From positions 14,381-78,380 of the forward strand of contig CAZXNH010000006.1 in the NCBI GenBank assembly GCA_964641615.1: a stretch of 64,000 nt of DNA, read 5' to 3'. Of this stretch, positions 10,249-19,873 are shown piece by piece. The notes below the pieces were generated by a model. The model was not told the origin of the DNA and ran no database searches. It saw only the letters and a program-made list of their open reading frames with translations. The translations under genes and the position numbers were made by a program. How positions within the stretch are numbered: position 1 is the stretch's first letter; every line of letters begins with the position of its first letter. Origin of the DNA: an uncultured Ectothiorhodospiraceae bacterium (GTDB taxonomy: Bacteria > Pseudomonadota > Gammaproteobacteria > J044).

Positions 10249-10434
10249 ATGTTGTATTTAAGTGAAGTATTGATAAAAGAACATGAGCTTGATAGTTATT
10301 CAGAGCTTTGCAGCGTAATTGAAAAATACGCGCGTGATGGCGAGATGCATTTTCAGATCGATGTAAAACCACCCTTTGATGACACGCCTGACAACTGGGA
10401 AGATGATCTGGAAATGGTCTTTTCCAGGGCATGA
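10249..10434 (+). CDS. Small acidic hypothetical protein (61 aa)
   Basis: Compact ORF between the tauD-like and cas6-like genes, 10 bp from the next start; acidic PPFDDTPDNWEDDLE motif. Confidence 0.7.
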   Translation: MLYLSEVLIKEHELDSYSELCSVIEKYARDGEMHFQIDVKPPFDDTPDNWEDDLEMVFSRA

Positions 10435-10444
10435 GGGAACTGCT

Positions 10445-11158
10445 ATGAGTATTTACTGGGAAGAAGATGAGAAAAAGCTGCCTTACCAGGCGCCCGAGGA
10501 CATTGTGGATATCTCCTATGTTCTGTCTGGAAAGACGCTCCCCATCGATCATGCCTATGCATTGTCTAAAGCGATAGAACAGGCATTGCCCTGGTTTATG
10601 GATGAACAGGATACTGGTATTCACAATATCCATGTTGCTGCCTCAATCAATGGCTGGGAAAGGCCGGACGATCTCGAGTCCGGCGTACTGCATTTATCGA
10701 GAAGAACCCGGATGACGCTCCGTATACCTAAGGAGCGCCTCAAGGACGCTGAGGCACTGACCGGCAATGTGCTGAATATTGATGGTAGTCAGATTGAGGT
10801 GGGGAAGAGTAGCGTTAAACCTCTCAGTACCTTACCAACGCTTTTCTCTCGCTACGTATCCACTGAAGAGGGTCAGGAAGAGCCCGACTTCATGGATTAT
10901 TTATATAAAGAATTCAATAAGCTAGGCATTAAAGCTAGAAAGATTCTTTGTGGGAAACAATCCAGTTTCAAGACACCTCAAGGCCTGGTATATACGCGCT
11001 CCGTCATGGTGGCTGACCTGGACCCTGAGCAGTCAGTACGACTCCAGGAGAAAGGTGTTGGAGAATACCGCAAGTATGGATGCGGCCTGTTTTTGCCTCA
11101 TAAGGGCATCAAGCCTGTTGGGGATATGTCCGAAAAACAGCATTTCACAGGAAATTAA
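10445..11158 (+). CDS. cas6: Orphan Cas6/Cmx6 (type I-MYXAN-like) RAMP-fold protein
   Basis: LPIDHAYAL, GIHNIH, NGWERP, LSRRTRMTLRIP and C-terminal glycine-rich loop GVGEYRKYGCGLFLP, typical of the Cas6 Myxan family; likely ATG at 10445. Confidence 0.8.
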   Translation: MSIYWEEDEKKLPYQAPEDIVDISYVLSGKTLPIDHAYALSKAIEQALPWFMDEQDTGIHNIHVAASINGWERPDDLESGVLHLSRRTRMTLRIPKERLKDAEALTGNVLNIDGSQIEVGKSSVKPLSTLPTLFSRYVSTEEGQEEPDFMDYLYKEFNKLGIKARKILCGKQSSFKTPQGLVYTRSVMVADLDPEQSVRLQEKGVGEYRKYGCGLFLPHKGIKPVGDMSEKQHFTGN

Positions 11159-11225
11159 TATTCCCTCTTTTCAAACACATCATTCAGTGGTTTAATTCGG
11201 CGCTGAATTTTTTTGGAGGTTAAAC

Positions 11226-11564
11226 ATGGCTATTGATGTTAACGGTAAATCTATCGAAACCAACGAAAACGGCTACCTGGTAAACCTTGAAGACTGGGAT
11301 GAAGATGTTGCAAAGGCGCTGGCTGCGGTTGAGGGTCTTGAGTTAACCCAGAAGCACTGGGATACCATCAACTACCTTCGTGATGAGTATTTCAACAATG
11401 CAGGTAACCAGCCCAATGAGCGCAATATCGTAAAGGCGATGAGCAAAATCTGGGGCGAGAAGGTTAGCAACAAAGACATGTATGACCTGTTCCCCCTGAT
11501 GACTAGTAAACAGGGTGGTAAGGTTGCAGGCCTGCCAGAAACTCGCCGTAAGGGTGGATACTAA
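11226..11564 (+). CDS. DsrC/TusE-family paralogue lacking all cysteines (RspA-type)
   Basis: GYLVNLEDW, HWDTINYLRDEY, YDLFP, KVAGLP align with DsrC; ends KQGGKVAGLPETRRKGGY; no Cys in the protein. Confidence 0.9.
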   Translation: MAIDVNGKSIETNENGYLVNLEDWDEDVAKALAAVEGLELTQKHWDTINYLRDEYFNNAGNQPNERNIVKAMSKIWGEKVSNKDMYDLFPLMTSKQGGKVAGLPETRRKGGY

Positions 11565-11657
11565 GCGTATTACCCATTCGGGATATGGTAATAGTGGAGC
11601 GCATCCTCTAGAATGCGCTCCAGACTAAATGAACTTCCCCCTTGTGGAGACGAATCA

Positions 11658-11861
11658 ATGAGCGAGAAGAACGATCTGATCAAAGAAATGCTGGAAATGC
11701 AGAAGATGTTCCAGGAATACGAAAGCGCCAATGGCGTTGATCCTCAGGAGTATTACACCCCTCAGGAAGGCGACAAGCTGAATGGCTACCGTGAGAAGTA
11801 TCACGAGCTGGCGGCTAAAGTGCGCGAAATTGCCAGTGAAGAGGTTAACTTCTGGAAGTAA
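11658..11861 (+). CDS. Small hypothetical protein (67 aa)
   Basis: GGAG RBS, ATG at 11658, host-like codon use, followed by a terminator. Confidence 0.7.
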   Translation: MSEKNDLIKEMLEMQKMFQEYESANGVDPQEYYTPQEGDKLNGYREKYHELAAKVREIASEEVNFWK

Positions 11862-11885
11862 TCTCGCCTGAATCGTCAAGATTAT

Positions 11886-11914
11886 AAAAAAGCCGGATTT
11901 AATCCGGCTTTTTT
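11886..11914. terminator. Bidirectional intrinsic terminator
   Basis: AAAAAAGCCGGATT-T-AATCCGGCTTTTTT between convergent genes. Confidence 0.9.
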
Positions 11915-11936
11915 ATTGTCTGCGATTTGTGTGGAC

Positions 11937-12608
11937 TTATAGTTCTGCCCACATTCTGACCAGGTTTATATAAGTAACATCTACCTTTTTAGTCTCGTCA
12001 GCCTCGGGGCTATCCTTTAGAAGCTTTTCTCTGGCCTGATTCAGGTTGAACAGCAACTCCCGCTGTTCTGGAGAGCGGATCATGCTTTGAATCCAGGTAA
12101 CGGCTACCCGGCGTTCACCTGAGGTGACTTCAGCTACATGATGCAGGCTACCCGAGGGATACATCACAGCATCACCAGCCTTCAGCTTTACCTTCTGCGT
12201 TCCAAACTGTGTCTCAATAGTCAGGTCTCCGCCTTCATAACTGTCTGGTTCACTGAGGAAAATGGTTAGTGACAGATCGGTACGATAGCGATCTGGTGCG
12301 CCCATCACAGGATCATCGACATGCGTGCCATAGGTCTGGCCGGGCCCGTATTTTGCGTAGAACGGCGTGGCAACCTTTAAGGGGAGGGCGGCAGACTGAT
12401 AAATTGGGTTTCTGACAAGAGAACCCATAACAAGGTTGTTGAGCTGATTCATGATCTCAGGTGATTCTGAAAGCTCAGTATTGTTCTTTACTCTTCTGGC
12501 AGCCATGCCTGCAGACAGCCTCCCATCTACGAAACGTGCATGGTCCATGATTTCGTTGACAGTTTTCAGTTGATCTGGAGTCAGAACGTTGGGTATTTGA
12601 ATAAGCAT
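11937..12608 (-). CDS. PKHD-type Fe(II)/2OG hydroxylase (PiuC/YbiX family)
   Basis: MLIQIPNVL start, FVDGRLSAG, HVDD, DLSLTIFLS, YEGGDL, YPSGSLHHV, RRVAVTW; real start about 12608, not 12962. Confidence 0.9.
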   Translation of the reverse strand: MLIQIPNVLTPDQLKTVNEIMDHARFVDGRLSAGMAARRVKNNTELSESPEIMNQLNNLVMGSLVRNPIYQSAALPLKVATPFYAKYGPGQTYGTHVDDPVMGAPDRYRTDLSLTIFLSEPDSYEGGDLTIETQFGTQKVKLKAGDAVMYPSGSLHHVAEVTSGERRVAVTWIQSMIRSPEQRELLFNLNQAREKLLKDSPEADETKKVDVTYINLVRMWAEL

Positions 12609-12744
12609 AGATGTGATCCGGGGTGTTTTTGGCGAGTTTATCAAACTCGCTAGCATGATACCGGTTCGACCTTGATATCTCTGGGTTAAATTAAGATCAA
12701 TTCCATGCTTAAATCCCATTTTTATTCTGAACGGATAGAGTCCT

Positions 12745-13068
12745 GTGAAATTAAACGTATTTATTGACGACCAGCCCCAGGCCATAGAGGTTCCGGATTC
12801 CATGATCGCCGAAGGCAAGGAGTTCTTTGCGAAGATGGATGCCGACATGGACAAGGGCTGGCAGATGGGCAGGACCTGGGTTGATAAAGTAACCACTGAG
12901 CAGCGTTGCCAGATAGCTGCAGATCGTCTGCTTACTGCGATTGAAGGTGACAATGAAAGCACGAAATTGCTTATGACGGCCTACATTCTTTATAAGTTAC
13001 CCAAGGCAACTGATGTGCGTATCGACACCAACGGTGAAATGCTGGAAACAGAGTTCATTGCGTACTAA
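12745..13068 (+). CDS. Hypothetical protein
   Basis: GTG start, 107 aa, host-like codon use; 3 bp from the next ORF. Confidence 0.65.
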   Translation: MKLNVFIDDQPQAIEVPDSMIAEGKEFFAKMDADMDKGWQMGRTWVDKVTTEQRCQIAADRLLTAIEGDNESTKLLMTAYILYKLPKATDVRIDTNGEMLETEFIAY

Positions 13069-13071
13069 ACC

Positions 13072-13422
13072 ATGGCCGATATATTTACTGTCAAAACACC
13101 CCTGGCCGTCAGGTTGCCTGACGGACGAAAGAAAATACTCATCGAGTTTTTCCCTCACCCCGAGGGACTTCTTGGCTTCGAATTGTTCTGGGAGCAACAG
13201 GACGACCCTATCTCTCTCATAGAGGTGTATCCAGGAGAACTCAGGGGAGATGGCCCCTGGAAAGTAGGTGATGCCGTGCTAACTGTGCTTGCATGTCATA
13301 GTACTGACTCAGAACTGGCCTCACATTATGCTAACTGGCAGTTCGAACGAGAGATGGGAAAGGTTTATCCTAGCGAGGCGGCTGTTCAGGAGATTGCCCG
13401 AGAGCAGGGCGCTTCAATCTGA
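13072..13422 (+). CDS. Hypothetical protein
   Basis: 116 aa, operonic with the previous ORF, followed by a terminator. Confidence 0.65.
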   Translation: MADIFTVKTPLAVRLPDGRKKILIEFFPHPEGLLGFELFWEQQDDPISLIEVYPGELRGDGPWKVGDAVLTVLACHSTDSELASHYANWQFEREMGKVYPSEAAVQEIAREQGASI

Positions 13423-13446
13423 AGACATGTCAGGATATACAGGTAT

Positions 13447-13478
13447 AAAAAAAGCCGGGTGATGTTCCCCGGCTTTTT
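13447..13478. terminator. Bidirectional intrinsic terminator
   Basis: AAAAAAAGCCGGG-TGATGTT-CCCGGCTTTTTT. Confidence 0.9.
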
Positions 13479-13502
13479 TGTACCTGCTGATACAGATGAT
13501 TG

Positions 13503-15167
13503 CTAGGCAAGTTTCTTGTACTTGATACGGTGGGGCTTGTCTGCTTCATCTCCAAGACGACGCTTCTTGTCTTCTTCATAATCCGAATAGTTGCCTTCGA
13601 ACCAGACCACTTCACTATTACCTTCAAAAGCCAGGATGTGAGTGGCAATACGGTCAAGGAACCAGCGGTCATGCGAAATTACGACGGCGCAGCCCGGGAA
13701 GTCGAGCAGGGCCTCTTCCAGTGCGCGCAGCGTTTCTACGTCAAGATCGTTTGTGGGCTCATCAAGTAATAACAGGTTGCCGCCGCTTTTCAGTAGTTTT
13801 GCCAGGTGTACACGGTTGCGTTCACCACCTGAAAGGTCCTTGATGAATTTCTGCTGATCTGTGCCCTTGAAGTTGAAGCGACCAACATAGGCGCGTGAGG
13901 GTACGACAAAGTTGCCTACGGTAATGTTGTCCAGGCCATCAGATATTTCTTCCCAGACAGTCTTGTTTCCATCAAGCGCATCGCGTGACTGGTCGACATG
14001 GGCAATCTGCACAGTCTCACCAACACGGAATTCTCCACTATCAGGTTGTTCATCACCAGTGAGCATGCGGAACAACGTGGTCTTGCCTGCGCCATTAGGA
14101 CCAATAATGCCCACGATGCCTCCACGAGGCAGGTTAAAGCTCAGGTTTTCATATAGCAGGCGATCACCAAAACCCTTGCTGATATCTTTGGCCTCGATAA
14201 CCAGGTCACCCAGGCGCGGACCAGGTGGAATATAGAGTTCGTTGGTCTCACTGCGTTTCTGGTAATCAGAGCTGGAAAGTTCTTCGAAGCGTTTTAATCG
14301 TGCCTTGCTCTTGGCATGACGACCCTTGGCGTTAGAGCGCACCCATTCCAGCTCGTGCTTCATGGCTTTTACACGGGCGCCTTCTGTCTTTTCTTCCTGC
14401 TCCAGGCGTTTTTCTTTCTGGTCCAGCCAGGAACTGTAGTTTCCTTCCCAGGGAATGCCGTGACCACGATCTAGCTCGAGTATCCAGCCAGCCACATTGT
14501 CGAGAAAATAACGGTCATGGGTTACTGCTACAACCGTACCAGGGAATTCATGTAAGTAACGCTCCAGCCAGGCAATGGATTCTGCATCCAGGTGGTTGGT
14601 TGGCTCATCGAGGATCAGCATGTCGGGGCTGGAAAGAAGCAGACGGCACAGGGCGACACGACGTTTTTCACCACCGGACAGATGTTCGATTTTTGCATCC
14701 CATGGTGGCAGGCGCAGTGCATCGGCAGCAACTTCCAGGGTGTGTTCTATGTTCTGGGAGCCTGAGGCCTGGATGATATTCTCCAGCCTGGCCTGTTCTG
14801 CGGCCAGCGCATCAAAGTCGGCGTCTGGCTCAGCATAGGCAGCATAGACCTTGTCGAGCTCTGCCTGGGCATCAGTAACAACCTGCAGGCCTTCTTCGAC
14901 ATTGCCGCGCACATCTTTACTGGGATCGAGCTGAGGCTCCTGGGGGAGGTAGCCTATATTGATACCCGGCTGCGGGCGGGCTTCGCCAAGGATATCTGTG
15001 TCTACGCCAGCCATAATGCGCAACAGGGTGGATTTACCAGCACCGTTGTAGCCCAGGACGCCAATCTTGGCGCCGGGGAAAAAATTCAGGGAGATGTCTT
15101 TTAGGATTTCTTTCTTGGGCGGAACGATTTTTCCAACCCGGTTCATCGTATAAATGTACTGTGCCAT
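13503..15167 (-). CDS. ettA: Energy-dependent translational throttle ABC-F protein EttA
   Basis: [19 protein letters not shown] start, two ABC domains, HRIKYKKL end, 554 aa. Confidence 0.96.
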   Translation of the reverse strand: MAQYIYTMNRVGKIVPPKKEILKDISLNFFPGAKIGVLGYNGAGKSTLLRIMAGVDTDILGEARPQPGINIGYLPQEPQLDPSKDVRGNVEEGLQVVTDAQAELDKVYAAYAEPDADFDALAAEQARLENIIQASGSQNIEHTLEVAADALRLPPWDAKIEHLSGGEKRRVALCRLLLSSPDMLILDEPTNHLDAESIAWLERYLHEFPGTVVAVTHDRYFLDNVAGWILELDRGHGIPWEGNYSSWLDQKEKRLEQEEKTEGARVKAMKHELEWVRSNAKGRHAKSKARLKRFEELSSSDYQKRSETNELYIPPGPRLGDLVIEAKDISKGFGDRLLYENLSFNLPRGGIVGIIGPNGAGKTTLFRMLTGDEQPDSGEFRVGETVQIAHVDQSRDALDGNKTVWEEISDGLDNITVGNFVVPSRAYVGRFNFKGTDQQKFIKDLSGGERNRVHLAKLLKSGGNLLLLDEPTNDLDVETLRALEEALLDFPGCAVVISHDRWFLDRIATHILAFEGNSEVVWFEGNYSDYEEDKKRRLGDEADKPHRIKYKKLA

Positions 15168-15242
15168 GGGAATCCGTTATTTCAAACCAACAGTGAACAT
15201 ATTATGCTTGGGTTTTAATCGATACCAAAGGGGAAAATCGTC

Positions 15243-16133
15243 ATGATCAGGTATTTAGCAAGCTTCCTGCTTCTGTTTGTTTTATCCGGCGTTCAGGCTG
15301 AAGAGGTTTTCCTCGAAGATAATGGCATGCGCCTAAATGCTCAGCTCTCGCTGGCTGATGGAAAGTCAGTAAAAGATGGTGTCGTCCTGATGCTTCACGG
15401 CACCTTTGCGCACAACCAGATGGAGATCATGCAGACGGTAGCTGACCTGTTAAATGAACAGGGCTACAGCACACTGGCCATCACACTGGGGCTTAATGTC
15501 GATAACCGTCATGGCATGCTCGACTGCGGTATTACCCATACACATCAGCATACCGATGCACTGAAAGAGATTGGTCTATGGATGGAATGGCTGAAGGAGC
15601 AGGGTGCAGGCAAGGTAGCCCTGCTTGGCCACTCCCGCGGTGGTAACCAGATAGCATGGTATGCCGCTAAAAATTCCGATCCACTCGTAGAGTCTGTAGT
15701 GCTTATCGCTCCAGCAACATGGGATATCAAATACGAAACCGCTGATTATAAAAAGCGCTACAACGAAGAGCTGAAAACCATCATGGACCGCGCCCTGGAG
15801 CAGCAAAAGAGAGGTAATGGAGAGGCGATTATTCGCCCAGTCGGCTTTGTTTATTGCCCTGAAGCCGCGGTTAGTGCCGACAGCTTTGTTGATTACTACA
15901 CAGACAGACCAGAGCGGAATACGCCAACTGTTATTCAGGATATCAAAGTACCCGTTCTGGTGTTCGCGGGCAGCGAGGATGATGTAGTAAAGGACCTGAT
16001 ACCCCAGGTCGAGGCCATCCAGAAGCCTGGCAAGATCGACATGGTGATCATCGATGGTTCAGACCACTTCTTCCGTGATCTCTATGCCGAAGACCTGGTA
16101 GATGAAGCAACTGCCTATCTAGGTTGGGATTAA
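15243..16133 (+). CDS. Exported alpha/beta hydrolase
   Basis: Signal peptide; GHSRGG nucleophile elbow; GSEDD acid; DHFF His. Confidence 0.85.
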   Translation: MIRYLASFLLLFVLSGVQAEEVFLEDNGMRLNAQLSLADGKSVKDGVVLMLHGTFAHNQMEIMQTVADLLNEQGYSTLAITLGLNVDNRHGMLDCGITHTHQHTDALKEIGLWMEWLKEQGAGKVALLGHSRGGNQIAWYAAKNSDPLVESVVLIAPATWDIKYETADYKKRYNEELKTIMDRALEQQKRGNGEAIIRPVGFVYCPEAAVSADSFVDYYTDRPERNTPTVIQDIKVPVLVFAGSEDDVVKDLIPQVEAIQKPGKIDMVIIDGSDHFFRDLYAEDLVDEATAYLGWD

Positions 16134-16136
16134 GCC

Positions 16137-16814
16137 TCAGAAATCCTGCGCGAATCGCAGGTAAAGACTGTTTCTTGCACCCCATTCGCCGTGGAGGCCA
16201 ATTGTGCCTCCACCGGCCACAAAATCAATGCCCGCCATTCCGCTGACATTGTCGACTGTCGATATTTTTGAGTTCTGGCTTAAGAAATCGTCGTTGTATT
16301 TCTCTGTTCCATCGATGTACTGATAATTCGCGCCTAAAGACAGCTGGACTGGATCAAATTTCAGAATACCCTTGGCGTATATCAGACCCTCGGTCCAGCT
16401 GGTTTCCACATCCCTGTCTGTCTCACTTTTGCTGGTCAGGTTATATGAGAGGGTGCCGCCCGCATCGACATCAAATCGGGTGGTTTTAACGGGGAACCCC
16501 CTGAGGATCAGGCCCAGATGAGCACCGGACTGGCTCAGGCCAGCAGTTCTTGCGTAATCCGTTTGTGTAAGCCCTGAATAGCCGCCAAATAGCCCTGCAT
16601 GGAAGCGTTCTGAGAAGTGCTGCGTAAATGCCGCCCCAAAACGGCTTATTTCCGTATCCGCAGTCTCATCTCCAATCTCCCAGTCACTCTGGGTCCGATC
16701 CACATAGACCCAGAAACTCACGGGCACATCCATCAGGGAGGGCGAGCTTCTGGCGAAGGCCGCCGGACTAAAGGCCAGGGTGAGTATTGCCAGGGTGATT
16801 AAGGGCCAGCGCAT
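16137..16814 (-). CDS. Putative outer-membrane beta-barrel protein
   Basis: Signal peptide (…AFA), alternating beta-strand pattern, C-terminal LYLRFAQDF. Confidence 0.6.
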   Translation of the reverse strand: MRWPLITLAILTLAFSPAAFARSSPSLMDVPVSFWVYVDRTQSDWEIGDETADTEISRFGAAFTQHFSERFHAGLFGGYSGLTQTDYARTAGLSQSGAHLGLILRGFPVKTTRFDVDAGGTLSYNLTSKSETDRDVETSWTEGLIYAKGILKFDPVQLSLGANYQYIDGTEKYNDDFLSQNSKISTVDNVSGMAGIDFVAGGGTIGLHGEWGARNSLYLRFAQDF

Positions 16815-16919
16815 TAGTATTCTCCGGGTTGGATAAGCGATTTCATCGAAATTCTAACAATATTGCCTGCGGTAAATACAAAGTATTGTATGTGTGGTTC
16901 TGTAAACCCCCATCTCGGG

Positions 16920-16930
16920 TATAATGCGCG
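16920..16930 (+). promoter_or_regulatory. Putative sigma70 -10 box with GC-rich discriminator upstream of glyA
   Basis: TATAAT at 16920 followed by GCGCG; -35 is weak. Confidence 0.4.
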
Positions 16931-16960
16931 TTTTCCTCAAGACAGAAGCTGGAGTTAGGC

Positions 16961-18229
16961 ATGTTTTCTATCCATATGGGTATCGCGGGCTATGATGACG
17001 AACTGTGGGAAGCCATTGAAAATGAGGCGCGCAGACAGGAAGAACACATCGAGCTGATTGCCTCAGAAAATTATGCCAGTCCTCGTGTCATGGAAGCCCA
17101 GGGCTCGGTTCTGACCAATAAATATGCCGAGGGTTATCCTCACAAACGTTATTACGGTGGCTGTGAATATGTCGATGTGGCCGAGCAGTTGGCCATAGAC
17201 CGCGCTAAAGAACTCTTTGGTGCAGACTATGCTAACGTCCAGCCTCACTCAGGCTCTCAGGCAAACGCTGCTGTCTACATGGCACTGCTTGAACCAGGCG
17301 ATCACGTTCTGGGTATGAGTCTTGCGCACGGCGGGCATCTAACCCACGGTTCCCACGTTAATTTCTCTGGCAAGATCTATAACGCCGTCCAGTATGGTCT
17401 GAACCCAGATACCGGTGAAATCGATTACCAAGAAGTCGAGCGCCTGGCTGATGAGCATCAGCCTAAAATGATTGTTGCCGGTTTCTCTGCTTATTCTCGT
17501 GTCGTTGACTGGCAGCGTTTCCGTGATATCGCGGACAAGGTTGGTGCCTATCTCCTCGTTGATATGGCCCACGTTGCAGGCCTGGTCGCCACCGGTGAAT
17601 ATCCCAATCCTGTTAACATAGCTGATGTTACCACCTCAACCACCCATAAAACCCTGCGTGGTCCACGCGGTGGCATTATCCTGGCCAAATCCAACCCGGA
17701 AATCGAAAAGAAGCTGAATTCACTGGTATTCCCAGGCACCCAGGGTGGCCCCCTGATGCATGTCATCGCAGCCAAGGCTGTGGCATTCAAGGAGGCACTG
17801 GAGCCTGAATTCGCTGAATATCAGAAACAGGTCGTCATCAATGCGCGCGCTATGGCAGACACCCTGAAAGATCGCGGTTACAACATCGTATCTGGTGGTA
17901 CCGATAATCATCTCTTCCTGGTTGACCTGATTGAGAAGGGTCTTACCGGCAAGGAAGCCGATGCAGCCCTTGGTGCAGCCAATATCACCGTAAACAAGAA
18001 CACCGTTCCCAATGATCCGCAGTCACCCTTTGTGACCAGCGGTATTCGCATTGGTACGCCTGCCATCACTACACGTGGCTTTAATGAGCAGGATTGTCGT
18101 GAACTGGCCGGATGGATTGCCGATGTGCTGGATGATGTGAACAATCAGCAGACCATCGAATCGGTTAAGGCGAAGGTTCTGGATATCTGTTCAAGACTGC
18201 CAGTTTACGGCCTGGAAGAAGAGGCCTAA
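16961..18229 (+). CDS. glyA: Serine hydroxymethyltransferase
   Basis: [31 protein letters not shown] (PLP lysine). Confidence 0.98.
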   Translation: MFSIHMGIAGYDDELWEAIENEARRQEEHIELIASENYASPRVMEAQGSVLTNKYAEGYPHKRYYGGCEYVDVAEQLAIDRAKELFGADYANVQPHSGSQANAAVYMALLEPGDHVLGMSLAHGGHLTHGSHVNFSGKIYNAVQYGLNPDTGEIDYQEVERLADEHQPKMIVAGFSAYSRVVDWQRFRDIADKVGAYLLVDMAHVAGLVATGEYPNPVNIADVTTSTTHKTLRGPRGGIILAKSNPEIEKKLNSLVFPGTQGGPLMHVIAAKAVAFKEALEPEFAEYQKQVVINARAMADTLKDRGYNIVSGGTDNHLFLVDLIEKGLTGKEADAALGAANITVNKNTVPNDPQSPFVTSGIRIGTPAITTRGFNEQDCRELAGWIADVLDDVNNQQTIESVKAKVLDICSRLPVYGLEEEA

Positions 18230-18240
18230 GGGACAATCTG

Positions 18241-18738
18241 ATGCTTTGTCCTTTCTGCGGAGCCCAGGATACCAAAGTCATTGACTCGCGACTGGCCAAT
18301 GAAGGCGCCCAGGTACGTCGCCGTCGCGAATGCCTGTCCTGTTCCGAGCGCTTTACTACTTATGAGTCTGCAGAGTTAAACCTTCCCAGGGTGGTGAAGT
18401 CTGACGGCACACGTGAACCGTTTACGATCGATAAGCTCCGTCGCGGCATGTTGCATGCGCTCGAAAAGCGCCCCGTTGCCACAGACCGAGTGGAGGATGC
18501 AATTGACCGTATCCGTCACAAGCTTCTGGCCCAGGGCGATCGTGAAATTGAATCACGCAAACTGGGCGACTGGGTTATGGATGAGTTACATGCCCTTGAC
18601 CAGGTCGCCTATATTCGATTTGCCTCGGTATACCTGTCATTCGAAGATGTGGATGCATTCCGCGAACTCATAGAGCGACTGGAAAAGGATCTCACGCCGG
18701 AAATGCGTCGCAACCAGATACCGCTCATTACAGACTAA
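18241..18738 (+). CDS. nrdR: Transcriptional repressor NrdR
   Basis: CPFC...RRRREC..C zinc ribbon, ATP cone, [10 protein letters not shown]. Confidence 0.97.
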   Translation: MLCPFCGAQDTKVIDSRLANEGAQVRRRRECLSCSERFTTYESAELNLPRVVKSDGTREPFTIDKLRRGMLHALEKRPVATDRVEDAIDRIRHKLLAQGDREIESRKLGDWVMDELHALDQVAYIRFASVYLSFEDVDAFRELIERLEKDLTPEMRRNQIPLITD

Positions 18739-18743
18739 TCTCA

Positions 18744-19862
18744 ATGCCCCAGTTTTCCGTAGAGGATCACCAGTTCATGGCCAGGGCAATCAGGCTGGCC
18801 AGAAAGGGCTTGTACTCAACACACCCTAATCCCCGTGTTGGCTGTGTCCTGGTAAAAGATGGGCAGGTCGTTGGCGAGGGCTTTCACCAGGTGGCCGGAG
18901 AAGGGCATGCCGAAGTGCTGGCACTTCGCGACGCCGGGGAAAAGGCGGCGAATGCTACAGCCTATGTCACCCTGGAGCCCTGTAGTCATCATGGTAAAAC
19001 CCCTCCCTGTGCAGATGCCCTGGTTTCTTCTGGCGTTGCTCGCGTTGTTATTGCCGCTGACGATCCAAATCCACTGGTTTCAGGGAAGGGTATTGAGCGT
19101 TTAAGAGCATCAGGTATCCAGGCAGATACTGGACTGATGCAGCAGGAAGCGATTGAGCTGAATCCTGGCTTTCATAAACGCATGGAGTCTGGATTACCCT
19201 GGGTGCGCGTAAAACTGGCAATGAGCCTGGATGGCCGCACGGCCATGCCCTCAGGTGAATCTCAGTGGATCACGGGCGAACTGGCCCGTAGAGATGTGCA
19301 GTTATTGCGCGCACGCAGCGAGGCCATTCTGACGGGAACTGGAACGGTCAGGGCTGACAATCCCTCTCTTAATGTCCGCCTGTCCTCAGAAGAACTTGGC
19401 ATCGAACAAAACGTCATACAGCCGCTGCGTGTCGTGGTCGACTCAGAGCTCAAAACGCCACAGGATGCACGCATGTTTTCACTCGATGGGTCAATACTTC
19501 TGGTGTCCGGCCGTGAAGGACTGGGGCAGGAGCAGAAACTAAAAAAGGCTGGCGCCGAGCTTGTCTGTTGCCCGGGTGAGGGTGGCAGAGTAAACCTGGA
19601 AGCCATGCTAAAGGAACTGGCCTCGCGCGAGGTTAATGAAGTCCATGTAGAGGCAGGCGAGCAACTATGCGGTGCCCTGCTGGAAAAAGGCCTGGTTGAT
19701 GAAGTTGTCATCTACATGGCCGGACATATTATGGGCAGCTCTGGCAAAGGGTTGTTTGATATGCCATCTATTCAGAGCATGTCGCAGCGCAAGGCCATGA
19801 AGGTCATTGATATCCGGGCAGTTGGTGATGACTGGCGTATCACTGTCAGGCCCGAGCATTAA
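18744..19862 (+). CDS. ribD: Riboflavin deaminase/reductase RibD
   Basis: PNPRVGC, HAE, TLEPCSHHGKTPPC, SLDGRTA. Confidence 0.97.
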   Translation: MPQFSVEDHQFMARAIRLARKGLYSTHPNPRVGCVLVKDGQVVGEGFHQVAGEGHAEVLALRDAGEKAANATAYVTLEPCSHHGKTPPCADALVSSGVARVVIAADDPNPLVSGKGIERLRASGIQADTGLMQQEAIELNPGFHKRMESGLPWVRVKLAMSLDGRTAMPSGESQWITGELARRDVQLLRARSEAILTGTGTVRADNPSLNVRLSSEELGIEQNVIQPLRVVVDSELKTPQDARMFSLDGSILLVSGREGLGQEQKLKKAGAELVCCPGEGGRVNLEAMLKELASREVNEVHVEAGEQLCGALLEKGLVDEVVIYMAGHIMGSSGKGLFDMPSIQSMSQRKAMKVIDIRAVGDDWRITVRPEH

Positions 19863-19873
19863 GGAATAGAGTT

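Noticed and set aside
12609-12962. N-terminal extension of the PKHD hydroxylase called by the ORF track
   Set aside because: Family similarity starts at MLIQIP (12608); the extension overlaps the divergent ORF at 12745.
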